Shown here piece after piece: positions 60,872-64,000 of a stretch of DNA of 64,000 nt; within the stretch, counting starts at the first letter, position 1, and each line of letters starts with the position of its first letter. The notes under the pieces are model-generated. The model saw nothing but the letters and a program-made list of their open reading frames with translations. It was not told where the DNA came from and searched no databases. The translations under genes and the position numbers were made by a program. Where the stretch lies: the NCBI GenBank assembly GCA_963715335.1, contig CAVQRZ010000009.1, positions 32,001-96,000 of the forward strand, read 5' to 3'. This DNA comes from an uncultured delta proteobacterium. GTDB taxonomy: Bacteria; Desulfobacterota; Desulfuromonadia; Desulfuromonadales; BM103.

Positions 60872-61936
60872 TCAAACCTTAGCCCGCTCGTACTGCACCG
60901 GCCAGGGATGCTCGGCCTTGAGTTCGGTGGCGGCATGGATCGGCCAGTAGGGATCGCGCAGCAGCTCGCGGGCGAGCAGGACCACATCGGCGGCTTCGGT
61001 GGCGATGATCTGCTCGGCCTGCACCGCGGCGGTGATCAGGCCGACGGCGCCGGTAGCGATGCCGACTTCCTTGCGGATCGCAGCAGCAAACGGACTCTGG
61101 AAACCGGGCGCGGCCGGGATCACCGCATCCGGGACCAGGCCGCCGCTGGAACAATCGACCAGGTCCACCCCGAGCTCTTTTAAATGCCGGCACAGTTCCA
61201 GCGACTGGTCCAGATCCCAGCCGCCGTCCACCCAGTCGGTGACCGAAAGCCGCACCATGACGGGAAGGTCCTCGGGCCAGGCCGCGCGGACCCGGCGCAC
61301 CACCTCAAGCGGCAGGCGCATGCGATTCTCCAGGCTGCCGCCGAACGCATCGTCGCGCCGGTTGCTCAAGGGCGAGAGGAACTGGTGCAGCAGGTAGCCA
61401 TGGGCCATGTGCACCTCGACGACCTGGAAGCCGGCCTGCAGGGCGCGCCGCGCCGAGGCTTCAAAGTGCGCAGCGATCTGATCCAGTTCGTCCTGCCTCA
61501 GTTCGCGCGGCTGCGGCGAGCCCGGACCGAAAGGCCGGGCGCTGGGCGCGAGCGGCTGCCAGCCGCCGGCATCTTCCGCCGCGGCGCTTCCACCCTGCCA
61601 GGGCGGCAGTACCGAAGCCTTGCGGCCGGCGTGGCCGAGCTGGATCGCCGGCACCGCGCCCTGCTCGGCGATAAAGTGCGCGATCGGCGCAAACGCCTCG
61701 GCCTGGGCCGCGTTCCAGAGACCGGTGTCGCGCGGGCTGATCCGCCCTTCCGGCGCCACCGCGGTCGCTTCAACGATCACCATCGCCGCACCGCCGACCG
61801 CCCGGCTGCCGAGGTGGACCATGTGCCAGTCGTTCGGCAGACCGTCCTCGCAGGAGTACTGGCACATCGGCGAGACGAAAATCCGGTTGCGCAGTGTCAG
61901 CGAGCGCATCTGCAATGGAGAAAACAACTTACTCAT
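60872..61936 (-). CDS. NADH:flavin oxidoreductase (old yellow enzyme, YqjM/NamA-like)
   Basis: SPMCQYS, HAGRKAS, HMAHGYLLHQFLSP. Confidence 0.92.
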   Translation of the reverse strand: MSKLFSPLQMRSLTLRNRIFVSPMCQYSCEDGLPNDWHMVHLGSRAVGGAAMVIVEATAVAPEGRISPRDTGLWNAAQAEAFAPIAHFIAEQGAVPAIQLGHAGRKASVLPPWQGGSAAAEDAGGWQPLAPSARPFGPGSPQPRELRQDELDQIAAHFEASARRALQAGFQVVEVHMAHGYLLHQFLSPLSNRRDDAFGGSLENRMRLPLEVVRRVRAAWPEDLPVMVRLSVTDWVDGGWDLDQSLELCRHLKELGVDLVDCSSGGLVPDAVIPAAPGFQSPFAAAIRKEVGIATGAVGLITAAVQAEQIIATEAADVVLLARELLRDPYWPIHAATELKAEHPWPVQYERAKV

Positions 61937-62023
61937 GACAAGCTCCTTAAGCTGGAGGTGCGAAGCGCGAGACGCGAGACGCGAAAAAAATCACTTCACA
62001 CTTCACACTTCGCACGTTCCTCT

Positions 62024-62473
62024 TTATCTTTTATGCGCCGACCGGAACACCAGGATCGTCTCCTGGTTGCCGTCCATCAGGCGCACCATCTTCATGTCGT
62101 AGCCGTCGAACTTCGGGTAGTAATGCGGCGTGCCGCCCTGCCGGATGAACCGGATCTCGTCCTTGTTGGTGGCGATCTCGGTGACCGTGGCCGGCCACTG
62201 TTTGCCGAAGGTGCCGACGCGCAGGAAACCCGCGGCGAGCTGATCGTCAACCAGCTCGGTGTGCGAGGCGAAGCGCGCCCCCACCGCCAGGCGGCTGGCG
62301 ACTCTCGGCGCCGCCTGGCGTGCCGGCTGCGACTGCTGCAGCGGCCGGCTCTCCGCCTGGTCACCGTAGACCGGGTCGAGGGAGACCTTTTCCACCGAGC
62401 TGAACTCGACGTACAGCGCAAAGCTTAAGGCGATGACCAGAAAAGGCAGCCAGATTTGGATGAGCTTGTTCAT
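62024..62473 (-). CDS. Hypothetical membrane-anchored protein
   Basis: ATG 62473 followed by an N-terminal TM; GC3-rich codons. Confidence 0.6.
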   Translation of the reverse strand: MNKLIQIWLPFLVIALSFALYVEFSSVEKVSLDPVYGDQAESRPLQQSQPARQAAPRVASRLAVGARFASHTELVDDQLAAGFLRVGTFGKQWPATVTEIATNKDEIRFIRQGGTPHYYPKFDGYDMKMVRLMDGNQETILVFRSAHKR

Positions 62474-62725
62474 AACGGCCGGAACGTTTTTCGTGTCGAC
62501 CCGCAAATGAAAAAGAGCATCGCGCTGAGCATGCGCAATACCCTCCATGTGGCCCGACAAAGACGGCAGAACCGTGTCTGCCCAATTCAGTTTAACGTTT
62601 TGAAAGTACTTCTTTTCGACGGGACCGTCAAGTTTACTCGGGATGCGGGACGAGGGATGCGAAAACCGATAAACCTGTTTAACGCAAAGGTGCAAAGAGA
62701 ATCCGTCTGTATCTGTTTATAAAAG

Positions 62726-63502
62726 CTCTGCGTCTTTGCGCCTTGAGTGAGCAAAGCGAACGGCGTTAAGCGCGGGGGCTGGAAGCTGGGGATTGGGGGC
62801 TGGCGTAAATCCCCTGCATCCCTGTGCATAATTGTTCTCAAGGGTGCGCTTTTTCGCGTCTCGCACTTTCCCCTTATTTCTCTTCACGAAAATTTCGCAA
62901 AATTTTCACGATCACATTACTGATGGGATTCTATCATTGCGCCTGTATCAGGAGATGGTTTTTCCTCCTGAAGCACTGGCAACCCAACCCATCAAGGAGA
63001 AAACGATGAAAAAGTTCTTCAAGGCCCTGCTTTCGATTTTTTGCGCCATGAACGTCGCCGCGCCGGCGGCAGTGCTGGCAACTCCAAGCCAGAATTTCGA
63101 AGAGGTCAGCGAGGAGTGCGAGACCAGATCTGCCGATGCTGACGATTACACCCTGACCTTTCTGAATGCGGATTTCGGCTTGAGCCAGGACCGCAGCAAT
63201 ATCCGCGACCAGGCCGAGTCGCTGGTCATCTTCATTGCCGACCCTTATGGCAAAATCGTCAAGGATGCCCAGGTGGTGACGACCATCGTCGGGCCGCACG
63301 GCTCCCAGTTGATGCGCCGGGCGCACCCGTACAAGGGCGGCTACGTGATCAACACTCAGACTCTGGCCCCCGGCAACTACCGCCTGGAAGCCGAAATCAT
63401 CACCAACGGCTCGCTGTTCACCGATGAGTTCAACTTCCGGCGAACATAAGCCTTAAAACTCTGCGTCTTCGCGCCTTGAGTGAGCAAAGCGAACGGGCGT
63501 TA
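62726..63502. repeat. 43/44-bp direct repeat (62726-62768 and 63459-63502) bracketing one gene
   Basis: CTCTGCGTCTTYGCGCCTTGAGTGAGCAAAGCGAACG(G)GCGTTA. Confidence 0.85.
63006..63449 (+). CDS. Hypothetical secreted protein
   Basis: AAGGAG RBS, signal peptide, Ig-like C-terminus (PGNYRLEAEI). Confidence 0.65.
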   Translation: MKKFFKALLSIFCAMNVAAPAAVLATPSQNFEEVSEECETRSADADDYTLTFLNADFGLSQDRSNIRDQAESLVIFIADPYGKIVKDAQVVTTIVGPHGSQLMRRAHPYKGGYVINTQTLAPGNYRLEAEIITNGSLFTDEFNFRRT

Positions 63503-63574
63503 GGGGCGGGTTAGGGGCGGAGGCTGGGGGCTGCTGGGGGCTGGACCAGAAAAGCGGATAAAACCTGGAACATG

Positions 63575-63604
63575 AAAAGGGGATCGAATGATTTCGGTCC
63601 CCTT
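63575..63604 (-). terminator. Intrinsic terminator after the small-protein pair
   Basis: AAAAGGGGATCGAA-TGAT-TTCGGTCCCCTT. Confidence 0.65.
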
Positions 63605-63618
63605 GTTGTCTTTAAATC

Positions 63619-63765
63619 TTAGTTGAACAGCTTGGCGCCGAGGTAGGCCAGGGCCGGCCAGGCGATCAGCACGGCAGAGATGATGGCGAAGATGCCGAGG
63701 ACACCCATAACGGCGATCGTGTAACTGGCTTTGACGGAATTGATGATGTTGGCTGCGCTTTGCAT
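63619..63765 (-). CDS. 48-aa membrane peptide, paralog 2
   Basis: AGGAG RBS; MQSAANIINSVKASYTIAVMGVLGIFAIISAVLIAWPALAYLGAKLFN. Confidence 0.8.
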   Translation of the reverse strand: MQSAANIINSVKASYTIAVMGVLGIFAIISAVLIAWPALAYLGAKLFN

Positions 63766-63821
63766 GATGTGTCTCCTATGGGTGTCTCGCGCTTCAAGCG
63801 ACGAGGTTAAAGTGAATAATC

Positions 63822-63968
63822 CTAGTTGAACAGTTTCGAGCCGATGTAGGCGAGTGCCGGCCAGGCGATCAGGACCGCCGAGATGAAGGCGAAGATGCCG
63901 AGGGCGGCAATGACGAGAACCAGGTAAGAACTTTTTACGGTATCCATAAAGCGGCTTTGAGTTTTCAT
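63822..63968 (-). CDS. 48-aa membrane peptide, paralog 1
   Basis: GAGGAGG RBS; MKTQSRFMDTVKSSYLVLVIAALGIFAFISAVLIAWPALAYIGSKLFN. Confidence 0.8.
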   Translation of the reverse strand: MKTQSRFMDTVKSSYLVLVIAALGIFAFISAVLIAWPALAYIGSKLFN

Positions 63969-64000
63969 GATGTCCTCCTCTTTGTTAGTTCTTCTTGATT

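Larger units (their letters stand above)
59922..62020. repeat. Family of intergenic heptamer-repeat hairpins (59922-59974, 60214-60268, 60796-60866, 61954-62020)
   Basis: (GAGGTGC/GAAGCGC)n-GAAA-(CACTTCC/CACTTCA)n in four consecutive gaps; the first copy has a different right arm. Confidence 0.8.

Noticed and set aside
1..64000. rRNA or complete tRNA genes
   Set aside because: None recognised by eye; a covariance-model scan would be needed to exclude small ncRNAs.

Overview
Bacterial chromosomal window; gene content and style suggest a Desulfuromonadales-like deltaproteobacterium (inference). 0-9.4 kb: TPR/MotA-TolQ/2xExbD/TonB-C operon resembling the core Agl-Glt machinery. 12-16.8 kb: sigma54-type operon (HEAT protein, frameshifted PEP-CTERM protein, signal-peptide phage-tail-collar protein, Sel1 protein) converging on an acyltransferase, followed by a tyrosine-recombinase relic. 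20.5-43.2 kb is the most striking part. About a dozen same-polarity copies of the hairpin GGGACACTTG-TTTT-CAAGTGTCCC sit at gene boundaries around a RAYT/TnpA(REP) HUH transposase gene. REP-bounded duplications accompany them: a 659-bp flavodoxin cassette, a 35-bp sigma70 promoter, and 45- and 84-bp direct repeats ending at the REP edge. Together these suggest a RAYT-driven gene-cassette array. 35.6-49.2 kb is a candidate defence island (SBD-HNH, HIT, Nudix, DUF2075 nuclease-helicase, exonuclease-RecQ-UvrD, PD-(D/E)XK-like protein, MazG-like, HipBA). 50-64 kb: GAF protein, Met-rich MsrB, hydroxyacyl-CoA dehydrogenase, liv ABC operon, genes separated by heptamer-repeat hairpins, and two 48-aa paralogous membrane peptides missing from the ORF track. 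Several genes carry single-base indels, so assembly error is a standing caveat. All family calls are by motif recognition, not database search.
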